A stretch of 64,000 bases of DNA from Clostridiales bacterium (lineage in GTDB: Bacteria > Bacillota > Clostridia > Oscillospirales > Oscillospiraceae). A program made the translations under genes and the position numbers. Shown here piece by piece: positions 17,906 to 27,766 of this stretch. The stretch spans positions 3,898 to 67,897 of the forward strand of contig SFIL01000016.1 in NCBI GenBank assembly GCA_004556205.1. Direction: 5' to 3'. The first letter of the stretch is position 1; each line of letters starts with the position of its first letter. The notes beneath the pieces are model-generated. The model searched no databases. It was not told the DNA's origin and was given only the letters and a program-made list of their open reading frames with translations.

Positions 17906-18976
17906 ATGCAGACCTTTACGCTCGGCACGCGCCTGTGCTTCGGAGAGAACGCGCTCGACGCACTGAAAACGCTCGGCGCGCGGCGCGTGCTTCTCATCAC
18001 GGACAAATTCTTCGCAGAAAACGGGACGGCGCAAAAAATTTCTGACCTGTGCCTCGCGGAGACGCGCATATTTGCAGAGGTGCAGCCCGATCCGCCACTC
18101 AGCTTAGTTGCGGAGGGTGTACGGGTGCTCAAAGAGTTTCAGCCAGACGCGCTGCTTGCCCTCGGCGGCGGCAGCGCCATCGACTGCGCCAAGGGCATCC
18201 GCTCGCTCGGGCAGTCCGAGGCGATGCTGATTGCCGTCCCGACGACCTCGGGAACCGGCTCGGAGGTCACCTCGTTCGCCATTTTGACGCATGAGGGCGT
18301 CAAGCACCCGCTCGTGGAGGACGCCCTGCGCCCCGCCCTCGCGGTCTTGGACGCAAGCCTGCTCGACAAACTGCCTGCGGGACTGGTCGCAGACGCGGGC
18401 ATGGATACGCTCTCGCACTGCTTGGAGGCAGTCGCGGCAAAGAACGCCTCGGCATTCTCGGACGCCCTCGCGCAAAGTGCCGCCCGCTGCGTCCTTGCCG
18501 ACCTTCCCGCCTCCTATGCCCTTGCCAAAAGCGGCAAAACCGACCGGGTATTGCGCGGCAGGCTGCACGAGGCGGCGACGATGGCGGGCGTCGCCTTTGA
18601 CAACGCGGGGCTCGGCGCGTGCCACGCCCTCTCCCACGCCTTGGGCGGTGCGTTCCACCTCGCGCACGGCAAGCTCAACGGTATTCTGCTCCCGCACATC
18701 TTGGAATTTAATCTTCCCGCTGCGGGGGAGGCCTATGCGCGCCTTGCCGCCTCCTGCAAGCTGACCGGCACACGCGGATTGATCTTTGCCGTCCGCAGAT
18801 TGCGGCAGCGCTTAGACCTGCCCGAGACGCTGACGCAGGCAGGCTTGGAGCGCACTGCGGTACTCGCAAGGGCAGAGGAGGTCTGCGCGGCGGCGGCAAA
18901 CGACCCCTGTGCGAAAACGAATCCCCGTCCTGTTACAGAGGCGGACTTCTCCCGTCTGCTTCACGCCGCACTATGA
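17906..18976 (+). CDS. eutG: iron-containing alcohol dehydrogenase (EutG/PduQ-like)
   Basis: GGGSAIDCAK, PTTSGTGSEVT, DTLSHCLE, HALSHALGG; first gene of the eut cluster. Confidence 0.85.
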   Translation: MQTFTLGTRLCFGENALDALKTLGARRVLLITDKFFAENGTAQKISDLCLAETRIFAEVQPDPPLSLVAEGVRVLKEFQPDALLALGGGSAIDCAKGIRSLGQSEAMLIAVPTTSGTGSEVTSFAILTHEGVKHPLVEDALRPALAVLDASLLDKLPAGLVADAGMDTLSHCLEAVAAKNASAFSDALAQSAARCVLADLPASYALAKSGKTDRVLRGRLHEAATMAGVAFDNAGLGACHALSHALGGAFHLAHGKLNGILLPHILEFNLPAAGEAYARLAASCKLTGTRGLIFAVRRLRQRLDLPETLTQAGLERTAVLARAEEVCAAAANDPCAKTNPRPVTEADFSRLLHAAL

Positions 18977-20361
18977 CGGGCGAACGGCTTTTGTCGGTGG
19001 GCATCGACATCGGCACGACCACGACGCAGCTTGTGATCTCGCGCCTCACTCTCCGCAACGAGGGCGCGGCGTTCAGCGTCCCGCAATTCGCCATTACAGA
19101 AAAAAAGGTGCTTTACCGCAGCGCCATCCACTTTACGCCGCTGCTGTCCGATACCCGCATCGACGCGGCAGGCGTCCGGGAGATCGTCGCGCGGGAATAC
19201 ACCGCCTCAGGCTACGAAAAAAGCGACATCCAAACAGGCGCGGTCATCATCACGGGCGAGACGGCGCGCAAGGAAAACGCCCGCGAGGTATTGAGCGCTC
19301 TATCCGATTTTGCGGGAGACTTCGTCGTGGCGACGGCAGGGCCCGCGCTGGAAAGCGTCTTGGCAGGCAAAGGCTCCGGCGCGCAGGCATATTCGGAGGA
19401 GCAGCAATGCGCCGTTTTGAACCTCGACATCGGCGGCGGCACAACGAATCTCGCCCTGTTTGAAAACGGCAAATTAAAGGACACCGGCTGCCTCAATGTC
19501 GGCGGACGACTGATGAAATTTGACACAGACGGCACGCTCACCTACCTCTCCCCCGTCCTGCGCCCGCATTTTGATTTTCAGATCGGGCAAAGGTTGACAG
19601 AGGTAGACTTGCAGCCGGTGCTCTCGCTTCTCGTCGATATCCTCTGCCGCACCGTCAGCGGGCAAGGCGGCATTTCGGACTTCATCACGGATAAGGCGAT
19701 CACCGTCACGGGAGAGCCACTGCTGTCCTTTTCCGGCGGCGTAGCGGACCTCATCGACGACAAGCCGCGCGACCCCTTTGCCTACGGCGACCTCGGCGTT
19801 TTGCTCGGACGGGCGATCTATCAGTCTCCCCTGTGTCAGGGGCGCTTCCTGCGGGCAAAGGAGACGATCCGCGCAACGGTCATCGGCGCGGGCAGCCACA
19901 CAACGGAGCTTAGTGGCAGCACGATCTTCTATGACCGCGTGCGTTTTCCGCTGAAAAACCTCCCCGTCGCGGCATTGTCGGAGGAGGAAGAAGCGTTGGA
20001 GCCGCCCGCCCTCGCAGAAAAAATACGGACAAAGACCGCCATCTTCGCCCCCGAAGGCACGCCCACGGTCTTGGCGCTGCACGGCTTGCAAAACCCGCGT
20101 TTTTCAGAATTATGTAAACTTGCCGACGGCGTTGCCCTCGGACTGCGGGACTGCGCGGAGACAGGAAACCCACTCGTCATCGCGGTGCGCGCGGACATGG
20201 GCAAGGCACTGGGGCAGGCGGTCGGGATGCTGCTGCCGGACGCGCCCCTGGTCTGTCTCGATTCGGTGGCGCTGTCCGAAGGCTCCTACCTCGACATCGG
20301 CGCCCCCGTCGCCGGCGGACAAGTCCTCCCCGTCGTCGTCAAAACCCTCGCCCTCGGATAA
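18973..20361 (+). CDS. eutA: ethanolamine ammonia-lyase reactivating factor
   Basis: SVGIDIGTTTTQL, GAVIITGETARKENA, DFVVATAGP, DIGGGTTN, PVVVKTL. Confidence 0.95.
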   Translation: MTGERLLSVGIDIGTTTTQLVISRLTLRNEGAAFSVPQFAITEKKVLYRSAIHFTPLLSDTRIDAAGVREIVAREYTASGYEKSDIQTGAVIITGETARKENAREVLSALSDFAGDFVVATAGPALESVLAGKGSGAQAYSEEQQCAVLNLDIGGGTTNLALFENGKLKDTGCLNVGGRLMKFDTDGTLTYLSPVLRPHFDFQIGQRLTEVDLQPVLSLLVDILCRTVSGQGGISDFITDKAITVTGEPLLSFSGGVADLIDDKPRDPFAYGDLGVLLGRAIYQSPLCQGRFLRAKETIRATVIGAGSHTTELSGSTIFYDRVRFPLKNLPVAALSEEEEALEPPALAEKIRTKTAIFAPEGTPTVLALHGLQNPRFSELCKLADGVALGLRDCAETGNPLVIAVRADMGKALGQAVGMLLPDAPLVCLDSVALSEGSYLDIGAPVAGGQVLPVVVKTLALG

Positions 20362-20390
20362 CCACCCTCTGTGGGTTAGGCTTCCCCGTC

Positions 20391-20539
20391 TGTCATTGCG
20401 AGACCAATGCGCACACTACCCGCGAGGGGTACGCCGCATCCGTAGCGTTCCTTCGTCGCGAACGGCTGCGCAGTGGTCGTGGCAATCTCGTGTAGGCACT
20501 CCCATAGATTGCCACGTCGCTTCGCTCCTCGCAATGACA
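20391..20539. repeat. inverted pair of family A REP-like units; the first carries the 57-nt module (20417-20473)
   Basis: Units at 20391-20489 (plus) and 20506-20539 (minus). Confidence 0.85.
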
Positions 20540-20593
20540 CGAAAAAGGGACCCCATACGCAATTCAAAATTCGCGCGAAGTGCCACCACCGTT

Positions 20594-20642
20594 ATTCACG
20601 ATTCACGATTCACCATTCACGATTCACCATTCACGATTCACC
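20594..20642. repeat. heptamer tandem repeat (ATTCACS)7
   Basis: ATTCACG ATTCACG ATTCACC ATTCACG ATTCACC ATTCACG ATTCACC. Confidence 0.9.
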
Positions 20643-20692
20643 AAACGCCCACCAAAACGCACGCACTACATGACAAAAAAGGAGCTGTTCAT

Positions 20693-22054
20693 TTGAAGCT
20701 GAAAGCACTGCTGTTCGGAAAAACCTACGCCTTTCGGGACGTGAAGGAAGTCCTTGCCAAGGCAAATGAGGAAAAATCGGGCGACAAATTGGCAGGCATC
20801 GCGGCGCAAAGCGCGGAAGAACGCGTCGCGGCAAAGGTCGTGCTGTCGGAGCTGCTGCTGTCCGACCTGCGCGAGAACCCGGTCGTCCCCTACGAGCTGG
20901 ACGAGGTCACGCGCATCATTCAGGACGATGTCAACGAGCGCATTTATCAGGAGATTCGCGGCTGGAGCGTCTCGGAGCTGCGGGAGTGGCTGCTCTCCGA
21001 AACGACCACAACCGCCGATATCGCCAGGGTGCGGCGCGGTCTGACGAGCGAGATGATCGCCGCCGTCTGCAAGCTGATGAGCAACTTAGACCTCATCACC
21101 TGCGCAAAAAAAATGCCCGTCACCGCCCACTGCAACACGACCATCGGCTTGCCCGGGACACTCTCATGCCGCCTGCAGCCAAACCACCCTACGGATGACA
21201 TTGACGGTATTGTCGCCTCGGTCATGGAGGGCTTGAGCTTCGGCGCGGGGGACGCGGTGATCGGCTTGAATCCTGCCGGCGACACCGTAGACAGCACCAG
21301 GCGCATCCTCACAAAGTTTGACGAGATCAAGCGCAGGTATGAGATCCCGACGCAGATCTGCGTTCTGGCGCATATCACCACACAGATGCGGGCAATCGAG
21401 GCAGGCGCGCCCGCCGACCTCATCTTCCAGTCCATCGCAGGCTCCCAGAAGGGCAACGAGGCCTTCGGCTTTGACGGCAAGACCGTCGAGCAGGCGCGGC
21501 AGCTTGCCCTCACGCAGGGCACGGCGGAGGGGCCGAACGTCCTCTATTTCGAGACGGGACAAGGCTCCGAGCTGTCCAGCGAGGCGCATTTCGGCGCGGA
21601 TCAGGTGACGATGGAGGCGCGGTGCTACGGCTTTGCCAAGCGCTACCGGCCGTTCTTGGTCAACACCGTCGTCGGCTTCATTGGGCCTGAATATCTCTAT
21701 GACGCAAGGCAGGTCATCCGCGCGGGACTGGAGGATCACTTCATGGGCAAGCTCACGGGCATCCCGATGGGCTGCGACGCGTGCTACACCAACCATATGA
21801 AGGCCGACCAAAACGACATTGAAAACCTCGCCGCCCTGCTGACGGCGGCAGGCTGCAACTATTTCATGGGCATCCCCCACGGCGACGATGTCATGCTCAA
21901 TTATCAGACGACCGGCTTCCGCGAGACGGCGACGCTGCGGAGTATTTTCGGTCTGACGGCGATTCCGCCGTTCCAGCGCTGGCTTGAGCGCATGGGCTTC
22001 GTGGAAAACGGCAGGCTCACGGCAAAAGCGGGCGACGGCTCGGCACTGTTATAA
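20693..22054 (+). CDS. eutB: ethanolamine ammonia-lyase large subunit
   Basis: TTG start after AAAGGAG gives 453 aa; RLQPNHPTDD, YFETGQGSEL, NTVVGFIGPEY, CYTNH. Confidence 0.97.
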   Translation: MKLKALLFGKTYAFRDVKEVLAKANEEKSGDKLAGIAAQSAEERVAAKVVLSELLLSDLRENPVVPYELDEVTRIIQDDVNERIYQEIRGWSVSELREWLLSETTTTADIARVRRGLTSEMIAAVCKLMSNLDLITCAKKMPVTAHCNTTIGLPGTLSCRLQPNHPTDDIDGIVASVMEGLSFGAGDAVIGLNPAGDTVDSTRRILTKFDEIKRRYEIPTQICVLAHITTQMRAIEAGAPADLIFQSIAGSQKGNEAFGFDGKTVEQARQLALTQGTAEGPNVLYFETGQGSELSSEAHFGADQVTMEARCYGFAKRYRPFLVNTVVGFIGPEYLYDARQVIRAGLEDHFMGKLTGIPMGCDACYTNHMKADQNDIENLAALLTAAGCNYFMGIPHGDDVMLNYQTTGFRETATLRSIFGLTAIPPFQRWLERMGFVENGRLTAKAGDGSALL

Positions 22055-22066
22055 AGGAGGCGCGGG

Positions 22067-22966
22067 ATGAACAAAGAGGAACTGAAAACCATTGTCGCGC
22101 AGATGCTGCGGGAGCTGCACACGGGAGAGCACCCCGAGCCGACCGTCAAAGCGGGCGACTATAAGCCGACGCAGAACCTCCGCACGGAAGACGGCGGCGT
22201 CATTGCGGATATCACAGCCGTCGATCTGCGCAAGCAGTATTTGGTGGAGAACCCAAAAAACGCGGCGGCGTTCCAAGCGCTCAAAGCCAAAACACCCGCG
22301 CGCCTCGGCGTCGGACGGGCAGGCACGCGCTATAAGACCGCAATGCTGCTCCGCTTCCGCGCGGATCACGCGGCGGCACAGGACAGCGTATTCTCCCTTG
22401 TCCCGGAGGATTTTGCCAAGGCAAACGGGCTGATTCCCGTGCAGACCGAGTGCCGCGACAAGGACGAATATCTGACGCGCCCCGACCTCGGGCGGCGCTT
22501 TGACGAGCAGAATCAAATCGTCATCCGCGAAACGTGCGCCAATCAGCGCGTCCTGCTCGTCATCGGCGACGGGCTTTCCTCGGCGGCAATCGAGGCAAAT
22601 GCCATCGACTGCGCAAGCGCCATCCGACAGGGCCTAAAGGCTTACGGCATCGAGTTGGGCAAGAGTCTGTTCATCAAATTCTGCCGCGTCGGCGCGTCCG
22701 ACCACATCGGCGACCTGACCGGCTGCGAGCTGGTCTGTATGCTCGTCGGCGAACGCCCGGGACTGGTGACAAACGAATCCATGTCCGCCTATATCACCTA
22801 CCGCCCCCATCGCGGCATCTCCGAATCCAAGCGCACCGTCGTGTCAAATATCCACCGGCAGGGCGTTTCGGCAGTCGAGGCGGGCGCGCATATCGCCTCG
22901 CTGATCGACAAAATGCTCAAGCAAAAAGCGTCCGGCATTGATTTGGTGCAGGAGGTGACGGCATGA
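22067..22966 (+). CDS. eutC: ethanolamine ammonia-lyase small subunit
   Basis: TPARLGVGRAG, FRADHAAAQD, YLTRPDLGR, GDGLSS, GERPGL. Confidence 0.96.
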   Translation: MNKEELKTIVAQMLRELHTGEHPEPTVKAGDYKPTQNLRTEDGGVIADITAVDLRKQYLVENPKNAAAFQALKAKTPARLGVGRAGTRYKTAMLLRFRADHAAAQDSVFSLVPEDFAKANGLIPVQTECRDKDEYLTRPDLGRRFDEQNQIVIRETCANQRVLLVIGDGLSSAAIEANAIDCASAIRQGLKAYGIELGKSLFIKFCRVGASDHIGDLTGCELVCMLVGERPGLVTNESMSAYITYRPHRGISESKRTVVSNIHRQGVSAVEAGAHIASLIDKMLKQKASGIDLVQEVTA

Positions 22967-23534
22967 TCAGTCAGATGATTCCGGTAAAGACCCTCTCCGT
23001 GCAGCTCATTGCCAACGTCAGTCAGGGACTGCGCAAAGCGTTAAAGCTCCCGAAGGAGTGCAGCACCGTCGGACTGCTCTCCACGGATTGCGACGACGCG
23101 ACCTATATCGCGCTCGACGAGGCGACCAAGGCGGCAAGCGTGTTCTCGGCGGGCGCAACCCCTCGGAGGTCAAAAGCGGCTTACAGGCGGCGTGCGCAGC
23201 CCTCGAAACCCTCGGCTTCCGCACCGCGAATGAAGAGGGCGACATCGTCTATCTCGCCCACTGCGTCTCGCGCACGGGCAGCTATCTGTCCTCCCTCGCC
23301 CATATCCCCATCGGGCAGCCGCTGGCGTACCTGATTGCGCCGCCCGTGGAGGCGGTCGTGGGCTTGGACGCTGCGCTCAAAGCCTCGGATGTCGAGCTGA
23401 AGGAATTCTTCGCCCCGCCGAGCGAGACGAACTTCGCAGGCGGACTGCTCACAGGCACGCAGTCGGCGTGTCAGGCAGCGTGCGACGCCTTTGCAGAGGC
23501 AATCCGGGCAGTCGCAAGCACGCCGATCGAATAG
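22963..23534 (+). pseudogene. eutL: tandem-domain BMC shell protein EutL with internal deletion and frameshift near 23142
   Basis: N-part DCDDATYIALDEATKAA; C-part SRTGSYLS, AYLIAPP, PPSETNFAGGLLTG in another frame; the YAKSxYAG...GEVI segment is absent. Confidence 0.88.
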
Positions 23535-23545
23535 GAGGAAACAAC

Positions 23546-24988
23546 ATGGAATTGGATAAAGACTTACGCTCCGTGCAGGAGACAAGGACGCTCCTCTGTC
23601 AGGCGGAGGCGGCGTTTCAGACCCTCCGCACCTACTCTCAGGAGCAGCTCGACGCCATCACGGAGGCGATCTCCCGTGCGGGCAGCGAGAACGCCGCCAT
23701 GCTTGGAAAAATGGCGTGCGAGGAGACGGGCTTCGGCAACGCGAGGGATAAGGAGGCAAAGAACCGTTTCGCCTCCGAACACGTCTACAGTGCGATTCGC
23801 GGCATGAAGACCGTCGGCATCCTGCGTGAGGATCGGGAGAAGCGCGTCTGGGACGTCGGCGTCCCCGTCGGCGTGATCGCGGGTATCGTTCCCTCGACGA
23901 ACCCGACCTCGACGGTCATCTATAAGGCGATGATCGCGCTCAAGGCAGGCAGTCCCATCGTCTTTTCGCCCCACCCGCACGCGGTGCAATGCACGATGAA
24001 AGCGGCAGAATTGATCTCCCGTGCGGCGGAGGCGGCAGGCTGCCCGAAAGGTGCCATCGGTTGCATCTCCACGCCGACCATGCCTGCCGTACAGGAGCTG
24101 ATGCGCCACGAATATACCCGCCTCATCCTCGCCACCGGCGGCGGCGCGATGGTGCGCGCAGCGTATTCATCGGGCAAACCCGCCATCGGTGTCGGCGCGG
24201 GCAACGGACCCGCCTATATCCACAAATCCGCCGATATCCCCAAGGCGGTCGCGGACATCATTCGGTCAAAAACCTTCGATAACAGCACGGTCTGCGCCTC
24301 GGAGCAGAGCATCGTGGTCGAAGAATGCTGCGCTGAGAAGGTCAAAGCGGAGTTTCAAAAACAGGGCGCTTACTTCCTCCCGACCGAAGAGGCGGGAAAG
24401 CTCGCGAAACTCCTCCTGCGCGCGGACGGCACTATCAATCCCAAGGTCGTGGGCAAGACCGCCTGCGAGGTCGCCAAGCTTGCAGGCTTCACCGTCCCGC
24501 AGGGCACAAAGGTGCTGGTCGCCCGCGAGACGGAGGCGGGGCCAACCCGACCGTACTCCCGCGAAAAGCTCTGCCCCGTCCTCGCCCTGTTCATTGAGCA
24601 TGACGAGAATACCGTTTTGAAGCGCGCCGTCGAGGTGCTGTTGGGAGAGGGCGCGGGACACACCTTCGCCATCCACGCCAAGGACGAGGCGGTCATTCGC
24701 CGCTTTGCGTTGGAAATTCCCGTCTCGCGCTTCCTTGTCAATACCCCCGCCTCCCTCGGCGGCATCGGGCTGACGACAAACCTGTTCCCCGCCCTCACCC
24801 TCGGCTGCGGCGCGGTGGGCGGCAGCTCGTCGTCGAACAACATCGGGCCGCTCGACCTCATCAACCTGCGCCGTGTGGCGTGGGGCACGGAGGAGGCAGA
24901 CAGAGCCGCAGCACCGCAAGAGGACGCAGCACTCTTGGAAACCCTGACGCAAGAGATCCTGCGCAGACTGAATCACGGCAAAATGTAA
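23546..24988 (+). CDS. eutE: acetaldehyde dehydrogenase (acylating)
   Basis: MELDKDL start after AGGAGG; PSTNPTST, ATGGGAMV, SKTFDNSTVCASEQ, REKLCP, TLGCG. Confidence 0.92.
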   Translation: MELDKDLRSVQETRTLLCQAEAAFQTLRTYSQEQLDAITEAISRAGSENAAMLGKMACEETGFGNARDKEAKNRFASEHVYSAIRGMKTVGILREDREKRVWDVGVPVGVIAGIVPSTNPTSTVIYKAMIALKAGSPIVFSPHPHAVQCTMKAAELISRAAEAAGCPKGAIGCISTPTMPAVQELMRHEYTRLILATGGGAMVRAAYSSGKPAIGVGAGNGPAYIHKSADIPKAVADIIRSKTFDNSTVCASEQSIVVEECCAEKVKAEFQKQGAYFLPTEEAGKLAKLLLRADGTINPKVVGKTACEVAKLAGFTVPQGTKVLVARETEAGPTRPYSREKLCPVLALFIEHDENTVLKRAVEVLLGEGAGHTFAIHAKDEAVIRRFALEIPVSRFLVNTPASLGGIGLTTNLFPALTLGCGAVGGSSSSNNIGPLDLINLRRVAWGTEEADRAAAPQEDAALLETLTQEILRRLNHGKM

Positions 24989-25009
24989 AAAAACGCAGCC
25001 CATTCCCCT

Positions 25010-25222
25010 GTAGGGCGGGGACATGTCCCCGCCGTCCGCGCAGCGGCAGACCGTACAAACGAACAGCTTTGTACGCACTTGGTAGTTCCGCACGTGGGCG
25101 GATGATATCCGCCCCTACGGCGATGGCTGCGACAGATCTCGTAGGGGCGGCTATTAGCCGCCCGGCGGAGGTTGCACGCACGCGGTAGTTCCTGCACCGG
25201 CGGGGACATGTCCCCGCCCTAC
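25010..25222. repeat. array of four alternating GTAG-type REPs (family B, BIME/REPIN-like)
   Basis: 25010-25034 (plus), 25096-25118 (minus), 25141-25164 (plus), 25198-25222 (minus); each is GTAG plus a GC palindrome. Confidence 0.85.
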
Positions 25223-25260
25223 AGACACCATTCATTAAACTTTATCATGGAGGAACCAAC

Positions 25261-25557
25261 ATGAACACAAACTCACTCGGTATGATCGAAACACGCGGAC
25301 TGGTCGGCGCGATCGAAGCGGCGGACGCGATGGTCAAGGCGGCAAATGTCCAGCTCGTCGGTAAGGAGCAGGTCGGCGGCGGCTTGGTGACCGTCATGGT
25401 ACGCGGCGATGTCGGCGCGGTCAAGGCGGCGACGGACGCGGGCGCGGCAGCAGCGGAAAAGGTCGGAGAACTGATCTCCGTCCATGTCATCCCCAGACCG
25501 CACACGGAGGTTGACGCGATCCTGCCCAAGGGACGCGGCGATATCGCGCAGAAATAA
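25261..25557 (+). CDS. eutM: BMC hexamer shell protein
   Basis: [41 protein letters not shown]. Confidence 0.95.
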   Translation: MNTNSLGMIETRGLVGAIEAADAMVKAANVQLVGKEQVGGGLVTVMVRGDVGAVKAATDAGAAAAEKVGELISVHVIPRPHTEVDAILPKGRGDIAQK

Positions 25558-26240
25558 TGCTCTACACGGAGGAGAATGTCAAAGCCGCCGTGCGGACACA
25601 GGACGGCAGACGGGTGTTTTGGCTGAAAGACGGCGACCGTCTGACGCCCTCCGCCCGGGACTGGCTGCAAAGCGAGCATATCCCCGTGGAAACGCGGAAA
25701 AAGACCTACACCACCCTGTTCGGCGGCGAATTCACGGAAAAGCCCGAGGAGCTGACCCACCTTTCGGGCAACCTCCTCGTGCCGAAGACGCACCCGCGCA
25801 TCGCCTTTCGCGGGCAGATTGACGCACTGGAAGCGGAGCTTCTGCTCTGCCAGCACGCCCTGCGGGAAAAGGTGTCTCTGGTCGCCGCCCTGCAGGAGAT
25901 GCTCGATTTCGTCCGCTCCCTCATCCGTGCGGATGTGCTGGAGGAGCCAGTCGCGCAGGTGCATCTGTGCGGACTTTCCGACGCGGAGCTGCGGGAGCAC
26001 AGCCATTTTCCCGACAAATACTACGGGCAGCCGCATTTTCTGCCCGCCTACACCGACGGCGAAGCGCTTCTGCGCCTGAACCGCATCCGCACGAAGGTTC
26101 GCGAAACGGAGCTTGCCTGCTGCCGCGCGTTTGCGGACGCGGACGGCAAGCTCCGCCGCGTGGATATTTTGCAGGCGCTCAACCGTCTTTCGAGCCTGTG
26201 CTGGATCCTGATGATCCGCTGCAAGGCGGGAAAGGAGTAA
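25557..26240 (+). CDS. eutT: EutT-type cobalamin adenosyltransferase
   Basis: EKPEELTHL, KTHPRIAFRGQID, LNRIRTKVRETEL, LNRLSS. Confidence 0.9.
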   Translation: MLYTEENVKAAVRTQDGRRVFWLKDGDRLTPSARDWLQSEHIPVETRKKTYTTLFGGEFTEKPEELTHLSGNLLVPKTHPRIAFRGQIDALEAELLLCQHALREKVSLVAALQEMLDFVRSLIRADVLEEPVAQVHLCGLSDAELREHSHFPDKYYGQPHFLPAYTDGEALLRLNRIRTKVRETELACCRAFADADGKLRRVDILQALNRLSSLCWILMIRCKAGKE

Positions 26241-26242
26241 GA

Positions 26243-26845
26243 ATGGACGATTTGGTAACGCGTGTCACCGAAGCCGTGCTCTCGCGCTTATTTGTCGAGC
26301 TGGAGGCTTCGGGACGCCATGTGCATCTGACGAAGGAGGCCGCTTTGGCGCTTTTCGGGCACGGCTTGACGGAAAAGCGTCCGCTCTCGCAGCCGGGGCA
26401 GTTCGTTTGCAACGAGCGCGTCAGCATCATCACCCCGAAGGGACGCTTTGACCGCGTCGCCGTCTTGGGACCCGAACGGAACGAATGTCAGGTCGAGCTG
26501 TCCAAGACCGACTGCGTGACTCTCGGCATCCAAGCGCCCGTGCGTCAGAGCGGGAAAACCGAGGGAACGGGCGGCATCCTCATTGAAAACGGTGAGCGCC
26601 GGCTCACGCTGACAAGCGGCGTCATCATTGCGCAGCGGCACATCCATATGACACCCGAGGACGCCGCCCTGCGCGGGTTACACGACGGCGCGGTCGTCCG
26701 GCTGAAAGCGCTGACGGAGCGCCCCGTGACCTTTGAGGAGGTCGTCGTGCGCGTCAGTCCGAAGTTCCGCACCTACGCGCACCTCGACTATGACGAGGCG
26801 AACGCCTGCGGTTTCCGAGCGGGTGATTTGGGGATGATCGTATGA
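26243..26845 (+). CDS. pduL: PduL-type phosphate acyltransferase
   Basis: EASGRHVHL, LSQPGQF, VAVLGPER, AQRHIHMT, HLDYDEANAC. Confidence 0.93.
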   Translation: MDDLVTRVTEAVLSRLFVELEASGRHVHLTKEAALALFGHGLTEKRPLSQPGQFVCNERVSIITPKGRFDRVAVLGPERNECQVELSKTDCVTLGIQAPVRQSGKTEGTGGILIENGERRLTLTSGVIIAQRHIHMTPEDAALRGLHDGAVVRLKALTERPVTFEEVVVRVSPKFRTYAHLDYDEANACGFRAGDLGMIV

Positions 26846-27321
26846 ACGAGCGCTTGATCGAGGAGGTCGTCGCGGAGGTGCGGCGCAGGCAGGCGCTCGA
26901 ACGACCCACTGCCTTACTGTTGGGACGCGCGCCCGCACGAGAGCTTGGCTTTCACTATGTCACGGAGGGGGACTACGCGGCGGTCGTGATCGGCTCTCTG
27001 ACGGCGTGCCGGCTTCTGCACCTGCCCGACGAGACGGTCACGCAGGCGCTGCTGCTGGGCAAGCCCGTCTATCTCTGTCCGGAGGGCTTGGAATATCGGC
27101 AATACAGCCATACAAGCAACCGCGTGCTGTGGTCGCGCCTGCTTGCCGCCGAACGGCAATTAAAGCAGCTCGGCGTGCAGTTTTTGGAGCAAAACACAAA
27201 AGGCGGCGGAACCGGAAAGCTGCTCACCGCCGACGAGGTGCGCCGCCGTCTGCGGGAGGGTCTGCCGATCGAGGGACGGCTGACCCCCTTGGCGCGGGAC
27301 ATCATGGAGGGCAAGGCATGA
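26842..27321 (+). CDS. eut-associated protein of unknown function
   Basis: ALLLGKPVY...EGLEYR and C-terminal LTPLARD; ATGA overlaps on both sides; sits between pduL and eutN as in Firmicute eut loci. Confidence 0.75.
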   Translation: MNERLIEEVVAEVRRRQALERPTALLLGRAPARELGFHYVTEGDYAAVVIGSLTACRLLHLPDETVTQALLLGKPVYLCPEGLEYRQYSHTSNRVLWSRLLAAERQLKQLGVQFLEQNTKGGGTGKLLTADEVRRRLREGLPIEGRLTPLARDIMEGKA

Positions 27322-27521
27322 AGGTCGGCACCGTGACCGGCTCCGTTTGGGCGACCAAAAAATGCCCCGCGCTCACGGGGCAGAGCTTATTGCGTGTGCG
27401 CGTAGGTGAGCGCGTCATCCTCGCCTTCGGCGCCGCCGCCCGCCTCGCCCGCCCAAACACCCCCGCCGACGCCGCCATCGTCGCCATCTTAGACGAGCAA
27501 ACACCCCCCGTCGAAGCGTAG
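27318..27521 (+). CDS. eutN: BMC vertex protein EutN/CcmL, shortened by an apparent in-frame internal deletion
   Basis: MKVGTVTGSVWATKK...VGERVIL...DAAIVAILD; only 67 aa and the VAxDxxGAG segment is missing. Confidence 0.85.
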   Translation: MKVGTVTGSVWATKKCPALTGQSLLRVRVGERVILAFGAAARLARPNTPADAAIVAILDEQTPPVEA

Positions 27522-27701
27522 GGGCGGCTATCAGCCGCCCGCGTGCAGAAACCACCGACCGCGTACACCCTCCATCGCACGCAGACGCTTTTTCCCATGT
27601 CATTGCGAGGAGCGCAGCGACGTGGCAATCTCGTGCAGGAACTACCAACTATGTACAAGATCGAAAAAAGATTGCCACGTCGCTGCGCTCCTCGCAATGA
27701 C
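27518..27701. repeat. GTAG REP plus inverted pair of family A units
   Basis: GTAGGGGCGGCTATCAGCCGCCCG at 27518-27541; family A at 27598-27632 (plus) and 27669-27701 (minus). Confidence 0.85.
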
Positions 27702-27766
27702 CAGTAAGGCGGTCGTTTCCACCATTCTTCGCTGTTCACTATTCACTGCCAATTCGGAGGTATCCC

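Noticed and set aside
20120..20692. 191-aa N-terminal extension of EutB in the ORF track
   Set aside because: It runs through eutA, REPs and the heptamer tract; the TTG at 20693 has an RBS and gives a normal-length EutB
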